DNA from: Gordius albopunctatus
Taxonomy: Eukaryota
Direction: 5' to 3'
Assembly: GCA_964276515.1 (NCBI GenBank)
Contig: OZ193910.1
Coordinates: 7,750,001 to 7,814,000 of the forward strand
Length of the DNA stretch: 64,000 bases
Part shown: positions 1-13,381 of the stretch, piece by piece
Layout: every line of letters begins with the position of its first letter
Position numbering within the stretch: position 1 is the stretch's first letter
Notes under the pieces: model-generated
Databases searched by the model: none
Told to the model about the DNA's origin: nothing
The model's input: only the letters and a program-made list of their open reading frames with translations
Program-made: the position numbers and the translations under genes

Positions 1-170
1 CGAAAAAATTATTATTTTTCATATTCTTTCGAAAGGGAGATGAAAAAATCTTTAAAAGTTAGTAAATATTCTTAGCATATTGTCCTCGTTAGAATCTTGA
101 TAGGAATTTATGCGTGGGGGGATGTTTTAGATTGAGAGAAATTAAAATTTTCGTGCTGCGTTTAGTTTGT

Positions 171-522
171 TTCAATATCGCTTTATAAGCGTGTCTCTAG
201 TTTTAGTGAAACAAGCTCTATGCGATCGTGATTTACAGTTAATAATTTTTGATGACTGATCAAAAAAATGTTTTTCAAGGAATTCACCTCTTATACCGAA
301 AACTTTCATGAGAGCTATATGGTTGAACAAAAAAATTGAAAAAATTTTGAGGTCGAAAAAAATATTATTTTTCAAATTCTTTCGAAAGGGAGATGAAAAA
401 ATCTTTAAAAGTTAGTAAATATTCTTAGAATTTTGTCCTTGTTAGAATCTTGATAGGAATTTTTGCGTTGGCGATGTTTGAGATTGAGAGAAATTAAAAT
501 TTTCGTGCTGCGTTTAGTTTGT
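171..522 (+). repeat. Representative full monomer (352-bp variant with TTTTTGCGTTGGCGATG in place of TTTATGCGTGGGGGGATG)
   Basis: Runs from TTCAATATCG at 171 to the base before the next TTCAATATCG at 523. The phase is arbitrary. Confidence 0.97.
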
Positions 523-3060
523 TTCAATATCGCTTTATAAGCGTGTCTCTAGTTTTAGTGAAACAAGCTCTATGCGATCGTGATTTACAGTTAATAATTT
601 TTGATGACTGATCAAAAAAATGTTTTTCAAGGAATTCACCTCTTATACCGAAAACTTTCATGAGAGCTATATGGTTGAACAAAAAAATTGAAAAAATTTT
701 GAGGTCGAAAAAAATATTATTTTTCAAATTCTTTCGAAAGGGAGATGAAAAAATCTTTAAAAGTTAGTAAATATTCTTAGAATTTTGTCCTTGTTAGAAT
801 CTTGATAGGAATTTTTGCGTTGGCGATGTTTGAGATTGAGAGAAATTAAAATTTTCGTGCTGCGTTTAGTTTGTTTCAATATCGCTTTATAAGCGTGTCT
901 CTAGTTTTAGTGAAACAAGCTCGATGCGATCGTGATTTAGAGTTAATAATTTTTGATGACTGATCAAAAAAATGTTTTTCAAGCAATTCACCTGTTATAC
1001 CGAAAACTTTCATGAGAGCTATATGGTTGAACAAAAAAATTGAAAAAATTTTGAGGTCGAAAAAAATATTATTTTTCAAATTCTTTCGAAAGGATGATGA
1101 AAAAATCTTTAAAAGTTAGTAAATATTCTTAGCATTTTGTCCTTGTTAGAATCTTGATAGGAATTTTTGCGTGGGGGGATGTTTTAGATTGAGAGAAATT
1201 AAAATTTAGGTGTTACGTTTATATTGTTTCAATACCGCTTTATAAGCGTGTCTCTAGTTTTAGTGAAACAAGCTCTATGCGATCGTGATTTAGAGTTAAT
1301 AATTTTTGATGACTGATCAAAAAAATGTTTTTCAAAGAATTCACCTCTTATACCGAAAACTTTCATGAGAGCTATATGGTTGAACAAAAAATTGAAAAAA
1401 TTTTGAGGTCGAAAAAATTATTATTTTTCATATTCTTTCGAAAGGGAGATGAAAAAATCTTTAAAAGTTAGTAAATATTCTTAGCATTTTGTCCTTGTTA
1501 GAATCTTGACAGAAATTTAGGCGTGGGGGGATGTTTTAGATTGAGAGAAATTAAAATTTAGGTGTTGCGTTTATATTGTTTCAATATCGCTTTATAAGCG
1601 TGTCTCTAGTTTTAGTGAAACAAGCTCTATGCGATCGTGATTTAGAGTTAATAATTTTTGATGACTGATCAAAAAAATGTTTTTAAAGGAATTCACCTCT
1701 TATACCGAAAACTTTCATGAGAGCTATATGGTTGAACAAAAAAATAGAAAAAATTTTGAGGTCGAAAAAATTATTATTTTTCATATTCTTTCGAAAGGGA
1801 GATGAAAAAATCTTTAAAAGTTAGTAAATATTCTTAGAATTTTGTCCTTGTTAGAATCTTGATAGGAATTTTTGCGTTGGCGATGTTTGAGATTGAGAGA
1901 AATTAAAATTTTCGTGCTGCGTTTAGTTTGTTTCAATATCGCTTTATAAGCGTGTCTCTAGTTTTAGTGAAACAAGCTCTATGCGATCGTGATTTACAGT
2001 TAATAATTTTTGATGACTGATCAAAAAAATGTTTTTCAAGGAATTCACCTCTTATACCGAAAACTTTCATGAGAGCTATATGGTTGAACAAAAAAATTGA
2101 AAAAATTTTGAGGTCGAAAAAAATATTATTTTTCAAATTCTTTCGAAAGGGAGATGAAAAAATCTTTAAAAGTTAGTAAATATTCTTAGAATTTTGTCCT
2201 TGTTAGAATCTTGATAGGAATTTTTGCGTTGGCGATGTTTGAGATTGAGAGAAATTAAAATTTTCGTGCTGCGTTTAGTTTGTTTCAATATCGCTTTATA
2301 AGCGTGTCTCTAGTTTTAGTGAAACAAGCTCTATGCGATCGTGATTTACAGTTAATAATTTTTGATGACTGATCAAAAAAATGTTTTTCAAGGAATTCAC
2401 CTCTTATACCGAAAACTTTCATGAGAGCTATATGGTTGAACAAAAAAATTGAAAAAATTTTGAGGTCGAAAAAATTATTATTTTTCATATTCTTTCGAAA
2501 GGGAGATGAAAAAATCTTTAAAAGTTAGTAAATATTCTTAGCATTTTGTCCTTGTGTTAGAATCTTGATAGGAATTTATGCGTGGGGGGATGTTTTAGAT
2601 TGAGAGAAATTAAAATTTTCGTGCTGCGTTTAGTTTGTTTCAATATCGCTTTATAAGCGTGTCTCTAGTTTTAGTGAAACAAGCTCTATGCGATCGTGAT
2701 TTACAGTTAATAATTTTTGATGACTGATCAAAAAAATGTTTTTCAAGGAATTCACCTCTTATACCGAAAACTTTCATGAGAGCTATATGGTTGAACAAAA
2801 AAATTGAAAAAATTTTGAGGTCGAAAAAAATATTATTTTTCAAATTCTTTCGAAAGGGAGATGAAAAAATCTTTAAAAGTTAGTAAATATTCTTAGAATT
2901 TTGTCCTTGTTAGAATCTTGATAGGAATTTTTGCGTTGGCGATGTTTGAGATTGAGAGAAATTAAAATTTTCGTGCTGCGTTTAGTTTGTTTCAATATCG
3001 CTTTATAAGCGTGTCTCTAGTTTTAGTGAAACAAGCTCTATGCGATCGTGATTTACAGTT

Positions 3061-3152
3061 AATAATTTTTGATGACTGATCAAAAAAATGTTTTTCAAGG
3101 AATTCAAATAATTTTTGATGACTGATCAAAAAAATGTTTTTCAAGGAATTCA
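3061..3152 (+). repeat. 46-bp internal tandem duplication giving a 399-bp monomer
   Basis: AATAATTTTTGATGACTGATCAAAAAAATGTTTTTCAAGGAATTCA occurs at 3061-3106 and again at 3107-3152. Confidence 0.97.
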
Positions 3153-4984
3153 CCTCTTATACCGAAAACTTTCATGAGAGCTATATGGTTGAACAAAAAA
3201 ATTGAAAAAATTTTGAGGTCGAAAAAATTATTATTTTTCATATTCTTTCGAAAGGGAGATGAAAAAATCTTTAAAAGTTAGTAAATATTCTTAGCATTTT
3301 GTCCTTGTTAGAATCTTGATAGGAATATATGCGTGGGGGGATGTTTGAGATTGAGAGAAATTAAAATTTTCGTGTTACGTTTATATTGTTTCAATATCGC
3401 TTTATAAGCGTGTCTCTAGTTTTAGTGAAACAAGCTCTATGCGATCGTGATTTAGAGTTAATAATTTTTGATGACTGATCAAAAAAATGTTTTTCAAGGA
3501 ATTCACCTCTTATACCGAAAACTTTCATGAGAGCTATATGGTTGAACAAAAAAATTGAAAAAATTTTGAGGTCGAAAAAATTATTATTTTTCATATTCTT
3601 TCGAAAGGGAGATGAATAAATCTTTAAAAGTTAGTAAATATTCTTAGCATTTTGTCCTTGTTAGAATCTTGATAGGAATTTATCCTTGGGGGGATGTTTG
3701 AGATTGAGAGAAATTAAAATTTTCGTGTTGCGTTTATATTGTTTCAATATCGCTTTATAAGCGTGTCTCTAGTTTTAGTGAAACAAGCTCTATGCGATCG
3801 TGATTTAGAGTTAATAATTTTTGATGACTGATCAAAAAAATGTTTTTCAAGGAATTCACCTCTTATACCGAAAACTTTCATGAGAGCTATATGGTTGAAC
3901 AAAAAAATTGAAAAAATTTTGAGGTCGAAAAAATTATTATTTTTCATATTCTTTCGAAAGGGAGATGAAAAAATCTTTAAAAGTTAGTAAATATTCTTAG
4001 CATATTGTCCTCGTTAGAATCTTGATAGGAATTTATGCGTGGGGGGATGTTTGAGATTGAGAGAAATTAAAATTTTCGTGCTGCGTTTATATTGTTTCAA
4101 TATCGCTTTATAAGCGTGTCTCTAGTTTTAGTGAAACAAGCTCGATGCGATCGTGATTTAGAGTTAATAATTTTTGATGACTGATCAAAAAAATGTTTTT
4201 CAAGCAATTCACCTGTTATACCGAAAACTTTCATGAGAGCTATATGGTTGAACAAAAAAATTGAAAAAATTTTGAGGTCGAAAAAAATATTATTTTTCAA
4301 ATTCTTTCGAAAGGATGATGAAAAAATCTTTAAAAGTTAGTAAATATTCTTAGCATTTTGTCCTTGTTAGAATATTGATAGAAATTTATGCGTGGGGGGA
4401 TGTTTTAGATTGAGAGAAATTAAAATTTAGGTGTTGCGTTTATATTGTTTCAATATCGCTTTATAAGCGTGTCTCTAGTTTTAGTGAAACAAGCTCTATG
4501 CGATCGTGATTTAGAGATAATAATTTTTGACGACTGATCAAAAAAATGTTTTTAAAGGAATTCACCTCTTATACCGAAAACTTTCATGAGAGCTATATGG
4601 TTGAACAAAAAAATAGAAAAAATTTTGAGGTCGAAAAAATTATTATTTTTCATATTCTTTCGAAAGGGAGATGAAAAAATCTTTAAAAGTTAGTAAATAT
4701 TCTTAGCATTTTGTCCTTGTTAGAATCTTGAAAGGAATTTATGCGTGGGGGGATGTTTGAGATTGAGAGAAATTAAAATTTAGGTGTTGCGTTTATATTG
4801 TTTCAATATCGCTTTATAAGCGTGTCTCTAGTTTTAGTGAAACAAGCTCTATGCGATCGTGATTTAGAGATAATAATTTTTGACGACTGATCAAAAAAAT
4901 GTTTTTAAAGGAATTCACCTCTTATACCGAAAACTTTCATGAGAGCTATATGGTTGAACAAAAAAATAGAAAAAATTTTGAGGT

Positions 4985-6280
4985 CGAAAAAATTATTATT
5001 TTTCAAATTCTTTCGAAAGGATGATGAAAAAATCTTTAAAAGTTAGTAAATATTCTTAGCATTTTGTCCTTGTTAGAATATTGATAGAAATTTATGCGTG
5101 GGGGGATGTTTTAGATTGAGAGAAATTAAAATTTAGGTGTTGCGTTTATATTGTTTCAATATCGCTTTATAAGCGTGTCTCTAGTTTTAGTGAAACAAGC
5201 TCTATGCGATCGTGATTTAGAGATAATAATTTTTGACGACTGATCAAAAAAATGTTTTTAAAGGAATTCACCTCTTATACCGAAAACTTTCATGAGAGCT
5301 ATATGGTTGAACAAAAAAATTGAAAAAATTTTGAGGTCGAAAAAATAATATTTTTCATATTTTTTCGAAAGGGAGATGAAAAAATCTTTAAAAGTTAGTA
5401 AATATTCTTAGCATTTTGTCCTTGTTTGAATATTGATAGAAATTTATGCGTGGGGGGATGTTTGAGATTGAGAGAAATTAAAATTTTCGTGCTGCGTTTA
5501 TATTGTTTCAATATCGCTTTATAAGCGTGTCTCTAGTTTTAGTGAAACAAGCTCGATGCGATCGTGATTTAGAGATAATAATTTTTGACGACTGATCAAA
5601 AAAATGTTTTTAAAGGAATTCACCTCTTATACCGAAAACTTTCATGAGAGCTATATGGTTGAACAAAAAAATTGAAAAAATTTTGAGGTCGAAAAAATTA
5701 TTATTTTTCAAATTCTTTCGAAAGGATGATGAAAAAATCTTTAAAAGTTAGTAAATATTCTTAGCATTTTGTCCTTGTTAGAATATTGATAGAAATTTAT
5801 GCGTGGGGGGATGTTTTAGATTGAGAGAAATTAAAATTTAGGTGTTGCGTTTATATTGTTTCAATATCGCTTTATAAGCGTGTCTCTAGTTTTAGTGAAA
5901 CAAGCTCTATGCGATCGTGATTTAGAGATAATAATTTTTGACGACTGATCAAAAAAATGTTTTTAAAGGAATTCACCTCTTATACCGAAAACTTTCATGA
6001 GAGCTATATGGTTGAACAAAAAAATTGAAAAAATTTTGAGGTCGAAAAAATAATATTTTTCATATTTTTTCGAAAGGGAGATGAAAAAATCTTTAAAAGT
6101 TAGTAAATATTCTTAGCATTTTGTCCTTGTTTGAATATTGATAGAAATTTATGCGTGGGGGGATGTTTGAGATTGAGAGAAATTAAAATTTTCGTGCTGC
6201 GTTTATATTGTTTCAATATCGCTTTATAAGCGTGTCTCTAGTTTTAGTGAAACAAGCTCGATGCGATCGTGATTTAGAGT
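4985..6280. repeat. Dimer-scale duplication (705-bp period) nested in the 29-mer; repeated at ~15214-16509
   Basis: The variant series AAGGATGATG / GAGATAA / AAAAATAATATTTTTC / GTTTGAATATTG / CTCGATG is the same at ~4985-5575 and ~5690-6280. Confidence 0.8.
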
Positions 6281-9200
6281 TAATAATTTTTGATGACTGA
6301 TCAAAAAAATGTTTTTCAAGGAATTCACCTCTTATACCGAAAACTTTCATGAGAGCTATATGGTTGAACAAAAAAATTGAAAAAATTTTGAGGTCGAAAA
6401 AATTATTATTTTTCATATTCTTTCGAAAGGGAGATGAAAAAATCTTTAAAAGTTAGTAAATATTCTTAGCATATTGTCCTCGTTAGAATCTTGATAGGAA
6501 TTTATGCGTGGGGGGATGTTTTAGATTGAGAGAAATTAAAATTTTCGTGCTGCGTTTAGTTTGTTTCAATATCGCTTTATAAGCGTGTCTCTAGTTTTAG
6601 TGAAACAAGCTCTATGCGATCGTGATTTACAGTTAATAATTTTTGATGACTGATCAAAAAAATGTTTTTCAAGGAATTCACCTCTTATACCGAAAACTTT
6701 CATGAGAGCTATATGGTTGAACAAAAAAATTGAAAAAATTTTGAGGTCGAAAAAAATATTATTTTTCAAATTCTTTCGAAAGGGAGATGAAAAAATCTTT
6801 AAATGTTAGTAAATATTCTTAGCATTTTGTCCTTGTTAGAATCTTGAAAGGAATTTATGCGTGGGGGGATGTTTTAGATTGAGAGAAATTAAAATTTAGG
6901 TGTTGCGTTTATATTGTTTCATTATCGCTTTATAATCGAGCTCTATGCGATCGTGATTTAGAGTTAATAATTTTTGATGACTGATCAAAAAAATGTTTTT
7001 CAAGGAATTCATCTCTTATACCGAAAACTTTCATGAGAGCTATATTGTTGAACAAAAAAATTGAAAAAATTTTGAGGTCGAAAAAATAATATTTTTCATA
7101 TTTTTTCGAAAGGGAGATGAAAAAATCTTTAAAAGTTAGTAAATATTCTTAGCATTTTGTCCTTGTTTGAATATTGATAGAAATTTATGCGTGGGGGGAT
7201 GTTTGAGATTGAGAGAAATTAAAATTTTCGTGCTGCGTTTATATTGTTTCAATATCGCTTTATAAGCGTGTCTCTAGTTTTAGTGAAACAAGCTCGATGC
7301 GATCGTGATTTAGAGTTAATAATTTTTGATGACTGATCAAAAAAATGTTTTTCAAGGAATTCACCTCTTATACCGAAAACTTTCATGAGAGCTATATGGT
7401 TGAACAAAAAAATTGAAAAAATTTTGAGGTCGAAAAAAATATTATTTTTCAAATTCTTTCGAAAGGGAGATGAAAAAATCTTTAAAAGTTAGTAAATATT
7501 CTTAGAATTTTGTCCTTGTTAGAATCTTGATAGGAATTTTTGCGTTGGCGATGTTTGAGATTGAGAGAAATTAAAATTTTCGTGCTGCGTTTAGTTTGTT
7601 TCAATATCGCTTTATAAGCGTGTCTCTAGTTTTAGTGAAACAAGCTCTATGCGATCGTGATTTACAGTTAATAATTTTTGATGACTGATCAAAAAAATGT
7701 TTTTCAAGGAATTCACCTCTTATACCGAAAACTTTCATGAGAGCTATATGGTTGAACAAAAAAATTGAAAAAATTTTGAGGTCGAAAAAAATATTATTTT
7801 TCAAATTCTTTCGAAAGGGAGATGAAAAAATCTTTAAAAGTTAGTAAATATTCTTAGAATTTTGTCCTTGTTAGAATCTTGATAGGAATTTTTGCGTTGG
7901 CGATGTTTGAGATTGAGAGAAATTAAAATTTTCGTGCTGCGTTTAGTTTGTTTCAATATCGCTTTATAAGCGTGTCTCTAGTTTTAGTGAAACAAGCTCT
8001 ATGCGATCGTGATTTACAGTTAATAATTTTTGACGACTGATCAAAAAAATGTTTTTCAAGGAATTCACCTCTTATACCGAAAACTTTCATGAGAGCTATA
8101 TGGTTGAACAAAAAAATAGAAAAAATTTTGAGGTCGAAAAAATTATTATTTTTCATATTCTTTCGAAAGGGAGATGAAAAAATCTTTAAAAGTTAGTAAA
8201 TATTCTTAGCATTTTGTCCTTGTTAGAATCTTGAAAGGAATTTATGCGTGGGGGGATGTTTGAGATTGAGAGAAATTAAAATTTAGGTGTTGCGTTTATA
8301 TTGTTTCAATATCGCTTTATAAGCGTGTCTCTAGTTTTAGTGAAACAAGCTCTATGCGATCGTGATTTAGAGATAATAATTTTTGACGACTGATCAAAAA
8401 AATGTTTTTAAAGGAATTCACCTCTTATACCGAAAACTTTCATGAGAGCTATATGGTTGAACAAAAAAATAGAAAAAATTTTGAGGTCGAAAAAATTATT
8501 ATTTTTCAAATTCTTTCGAAAGGATGATGAAAAAATCTTTAAAAGTTAGTAAATATTCTTAGCATTTTGTCCTTGTTAGAATATTGATAGAAATTTATGC
8601 GTGGGGGGATGTTTTAGATTGAGAGAAATTAAAATTTAGGTGTTGCGTTTATATTGTTTCAATATCGCTTTATAAGCGTGTCTCTAGTTTTAGTGAAACA
8701 AGCTCTGTGCGATCGTGATTTAGAGATAATAATTTTTGACGACTGATCAAAAAAATGTTTTTAAAGGAATTCACCTCTTATACCGAAAACTTTCATGAGA
8801 GCTATATGGTTGAACAAAAAAATTGAAAAAATTTTGAGGTCGAAAAAATAATATTTTTCATATTTTTTCGAAAGGGAGATGAAAAAATCTTTAAAAGTTA
8901 GTAAATATTCTTAGCATTTTGTCCTTGTTTGAATATTGATAGAAATTTATGCGTGGGGGGATGTTTGAGATTGAGAGAAATTAAAATTTTCGTGCTGCGT
9001 TTATATTGTTTCAATATCGCTTTATAAGCGTGTCTCTAGTTTTAGTGAAACAAGCTCTATGCGATCGTGATTTACAGTTAATAATTTTTGATGACTGATC
9101 AAAAAAATGTTTTTCAAGGAATTCACCTCTTATACCGAAAACTTTCATGAGAGCTATATGGTTGAACAAAAAAATTGAAAAAATTTTGAGGTCGAAAAAA

Positions 9201-12200
9201 ATATTATTTTTCAAATTCTTTCGAAAGGGAGATGAAAAAATCTTTAAAAGTTAGTAAATATTCTTAGAATTTTGTCCTTGTTAGAATCTTGATAGGAATT
9301 TTTGCGTTGGCGATGTTTGAGATTGAGAGAAATTAAAATTTTCGTGCTGCGTTTAGTTTGTTTCAATATCGCTTTATAAGCGTGTCTCTAGTTTTAGTGA
9401 AACAAGCTCGATGCGATCGTGATTTAGAGTTAATAATTTTTGATGACTGATCAAAAAAATGTTTTTCAAGCAATTCACCTGTTATACCGAAAACTTTTAT
9501 GAGAGCTATATGGTTGAACAAAAAAATTGAAAAAATTTTGAGGTCGAAAAAAATATTATTTTTCAAATTCTTTCGAAAGGGAGATAAAAAAATCTTTAAA
9601 AGTTAGTAAATATTCTTAGCATTTTGTCCTTGTTAGAATCTTGACAGAAATTTAGGCGTGGGGGGATGTTTTAGATTGAGAGAAATTAAAATTTAGGTGT
9701 TGCGTTTATATTGTTTCAATATCGCTTTATAAGCGTGTCTCTAGTTTTAGTGAAACAAGCTCTATGCGATCGTGATTTAGAGTTAATAATTTTTGACGAC
9801 TGATCAAAAAAATGTTTTTAAAGGAATTCACCTCTTATACCGAAAACTTTCATGAGAGCTATATGGTTGAACGAAAAAATAGAAAAAATTTTGAGGTCCA
9901 AAAAAATTATTATTTTTCATATTCTTTCGAAAGGGAGATGAAAAAATCTTTAAATGTTAGTAAATATTCTTAGCATTTTGTCCTTGTTAGAATCTTGAAA
10001 GGAATTTATGCGTGGGGGGATGTTTTAGATTGAGAGAAATTAAAATTTAGGTGTTGCGTTTATATTGTTTCATTATCGCTTTATAATCGAGCTCTATGCG
10101 ATCGTGATTTAGAGTTAATAATTTTTGATGACTGATCAAAAAAATGTTTTTCAAGGAATTCATCTCTTATACCGAAAACTTTCATGAGAGCTATATGGTT
10201 GAACAAAAAAATTGAAAAAATTTTGAGGTCGAAAAAATTATTATTTTTCATATTCTTTCGAAAGGGAGATGAAAAAATCTTTAAAAGTTAGTAAATATTC
10301 TTAGCATATTGTCCTCGTTAGAATCTTGATAGGAATTTATGCGTGGGGGGATGTTTTAGATTGAGAGAAATTAAAATTTTCGTGCTGCGTTTAGTTTGTT
10401 TCAATATCGCTTTATAAGCGTGTCTCTAGTTTTAGTGAAACAAGCTCTATGCGATCGTGATTTACAGTTAATAATTTTTGATGACTGATCAAAAAAATGT
10501 TTTTCAAGGAATTCACCTCTTATACCGAAAACTTTCATGAGAGCTATATGGTTGAACAAAAAAATTGAAAAAATTTTGAGGTCGAAAAAAATATTATTTT
10601 TCAAATTCTTTCGAAAGGGAGATGAAAAAATCTTTAAAAGTTAGTAAATATTCTTAGAATTTTGTCCTTGTTAGAATCTTGATAGGAATTTTTGCGTTGG
10701 CGATGTTTGAGATTGAGAGAAATTAAAATTTTCGTGCTGCGTTTAGTTTGTTTCAATATCGCTTTATAAGCGTGTCTCTAGTTTTAGTGAAACAAGCTCT
10801 ATGCGATCGTGATTTACAGTTAATAATTTTTGATGACTGATCAAAAAAATGTTTTTCAAGGAATTCACCTCTTATACCGAAAACTTTCATGAGAGCTATA
10901 TGGTTGAACAAAAAAATTGAAAAAATTTTGAGGTCGAAAAAAATATTATTTTTCAAATTCTTTCGAAAGGGAGATGAAAAAATCTTTAAAAGTTAGTAAA
11001 TATTCTTAGAATTTTGTCCTTGTTAGAATCTTGATAGGAATTTTTGCGTTGGCGATGTTTGAGATTGAGAGAAATTAAAATTTTCGTGCTGCGTTTAGTT
11101 TGTTTCAATATCGCTTTATAAGCGTGTCTCTAGTTTTAGTGAAACAAGCTCGATGCGATCGTGATTTAGAGTTAATAATTTTTGATGACTGATCAAAAAA
11201 ATGTTTTTCAAGCAATTCACCTGTTATACCGAAAACTTTCATGAGAGCTATATGGTTGAACAAAAAAATTGAAAAAATTTTGAGGTCGAAAAAAATATTA
11301 TTTTTCAAATTCTTTCGAAAGGATGATGAAAAAATCTTTAAAAGTTAGTAAATATTCTTAGCATTTTGTCCTTGTTAGAATCTTGATAGGAATTTTTGCG
11401 TGGGGGGATGTTTTAGATTGAGAGAAATTAAAATTTAGGTGTTACGTTTATATTGTTTCAATACCGCTTTATAAGCGTGTCTCTAGTTTTAGTGAAACAA
11501 GCTCTATGCGATCGTGATTTAGAGTTAATAATTTTTGATGACTGATCAAAAAAATGTTTTTCAAAGAATTCACCTCTTATACCGAAAACTTTCATGAGAG
11601 CTATATGGTTGAACAAAAAATTGAAAAAATTTTGAGGTCGAAAAAATTATTATTTTTCATATTCTTTCGAAAGGGAGATGAAAAAATCTTTAAAAGTTAG
11701 TAAATATTCTTAGCATTTTGTCCTTGTTAGAATCTTGACAGAAATTTAGGCGTGGGGGGATGTTTTAGATTGAGAGAAATTAAAATTTAGGTGTTGCGTT
11801 TATATTGTTTCAATATCGCTTTATAAGCGTGTCTCTAGTTTTAGTGAAACAAGCTCTATGCGATCGTGATTTAGAGTTAATAATTTTTGATGACTGATCA
11901 AAAAAATGTTTTTAAAGGAATTCACCTCTTATACCGAAAACTTTCATGAGAGCTATATGGTTGAACAAAAAAATAGAAAAAATTTTGAGGTCGAAAAAAT
12001 TATTATTTTTCATATTCTTTCGAAAGGGAGATGAAAAAATCTTTAAAAGTTAGTAAATATTCTTAGAATTTTGTCCTTGTTAGAATCTTGATAGGAATTT
12101 TTGCGTTGGCGATGTTTGAGATTGAGAGAAATTAAAATTTTCGTGCTGCGTTTAGTTTGTTTCAATATCGCTTTATAAGCGTGTCTCTAGTTTTAGTGAA

Positions 12201-13289
12201 ACAAGCTCTATGCGATCGTGATTTACAGTTAATAATTTTTGATGACTGATCAAAAAAATGTTTTTCAAGGAATTCACCTCTTATACCGAAAACTTTCATG
12301 AGAGCTATATGGTTGAACAAAAAAATTGAAAAAATTTTGAGGTCGAAAAAAATATTATTTTTCAAATTCTTTCGAAAGGGAGATGAAAAAATCTTTAAAA
12401 GTTAGTAAATATTCTTAGAATTTTGTCCTTGTTAGAATCTTGATAGGAATTTTTGCGTTGGCGATGTTTGAGATTGAGAGAAATTAAAATTTTCGTGCTG
12501 CGTTTAGTTTGTTTCAATATCGCTTTATAAGCGTGTCTCTAGTTTTAGTGAAACAAGCTCTATGCGATCGTGATTTACAGTTAATAATTTTTGATGACTG
12601 ATCAAAAAAATGTTTTTCAAGGAATTCACCTCTTATACCGAAAACTTTCATGAGAGCTATATGGTTGAACAAAAAAATTGAAAAAATTTTGAGGTCGAAA
12701 AAATTATTATTTTTCATATTCTTTCGAAAGGGAGATGAAAAAATCTTTAAAAGTTAGTAAATATTCTTAGCATTTTGTCCTTGTGTTAGAATCTTGATAG
12801 GAATTTATGCGTGGGGGGATGTTTTAGATTGAGAGAAATTAAAATTTTCGTGCTGCGTTTAGTTTGTTTCAATATCGCTTTATAAGCGTGTCTCTAGTTT
12901 TAGTGAAACAAGCTCTATGCGATCGTGATTTACAGTTAATAATTTTTGATGACTGATCAAAAAAATGTTTTTCAAGGAATTCACCTCTTATACCGAAAAC
13001 TTTCATGAGAGCTATATGGTTGAACAAAAAAATTGAAAAAATTTTGAGGTCGAAAAAAATATTATTTTTCAAATTCTTTCGAAAGGGAGATGAAAAAATC
13101 TTTAAAAGTTAGTAAATATTCTTAGAATTTTGTCCTTGTTAGAATCTTGATAGGAATTTTTGCGTTGGCGATGTTTGAGATTGAGAGAAATTAAAATTTT
13201 CGTGCTGCGTTTAGTTTGTTTCAATATCGCTTTATAAGCGTGTCTCTAGTTTTAGTGAAACAAGCTCTATGCGATCGTGATTTACAGTT

Positions 13290-13381
13290 AATAATTTTTG
13301 ATGACTGATCAAAAAAATGTTTTTCAAGGAATTCAAATAATTTTTGATGACTGATCAAAAAAATGTTTTTCAAGGAATTCA
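13290..13381 (+). repeat. 46-bp internal tandem duplication, second copy carried by the 29-mer
   Basis: Same duplication as 3061-3152, offset by 10,229. Confidence 0.97.

Noticed and set aside
112..122. G-quadruplex or telomeric motif at GCGTGGGGGG
   Set aside because: There is a single G6 run per monomer, absent in the 352-bp variant, and no clustered G-tracts or telomere repeats.
379..396. CENP-B box
   Set aside because: TTCG is present but the required TTCGNNNNANNCGGG pattern is not.
171..522. Monomer as a dimer of ~176-bp subunits
   Set aside because: Only weak similarity (TTCAATATCGCTTT versus TTCATATTCTTTCG) at a 200-bp offset. No convincing half-to-half alignment by eye.
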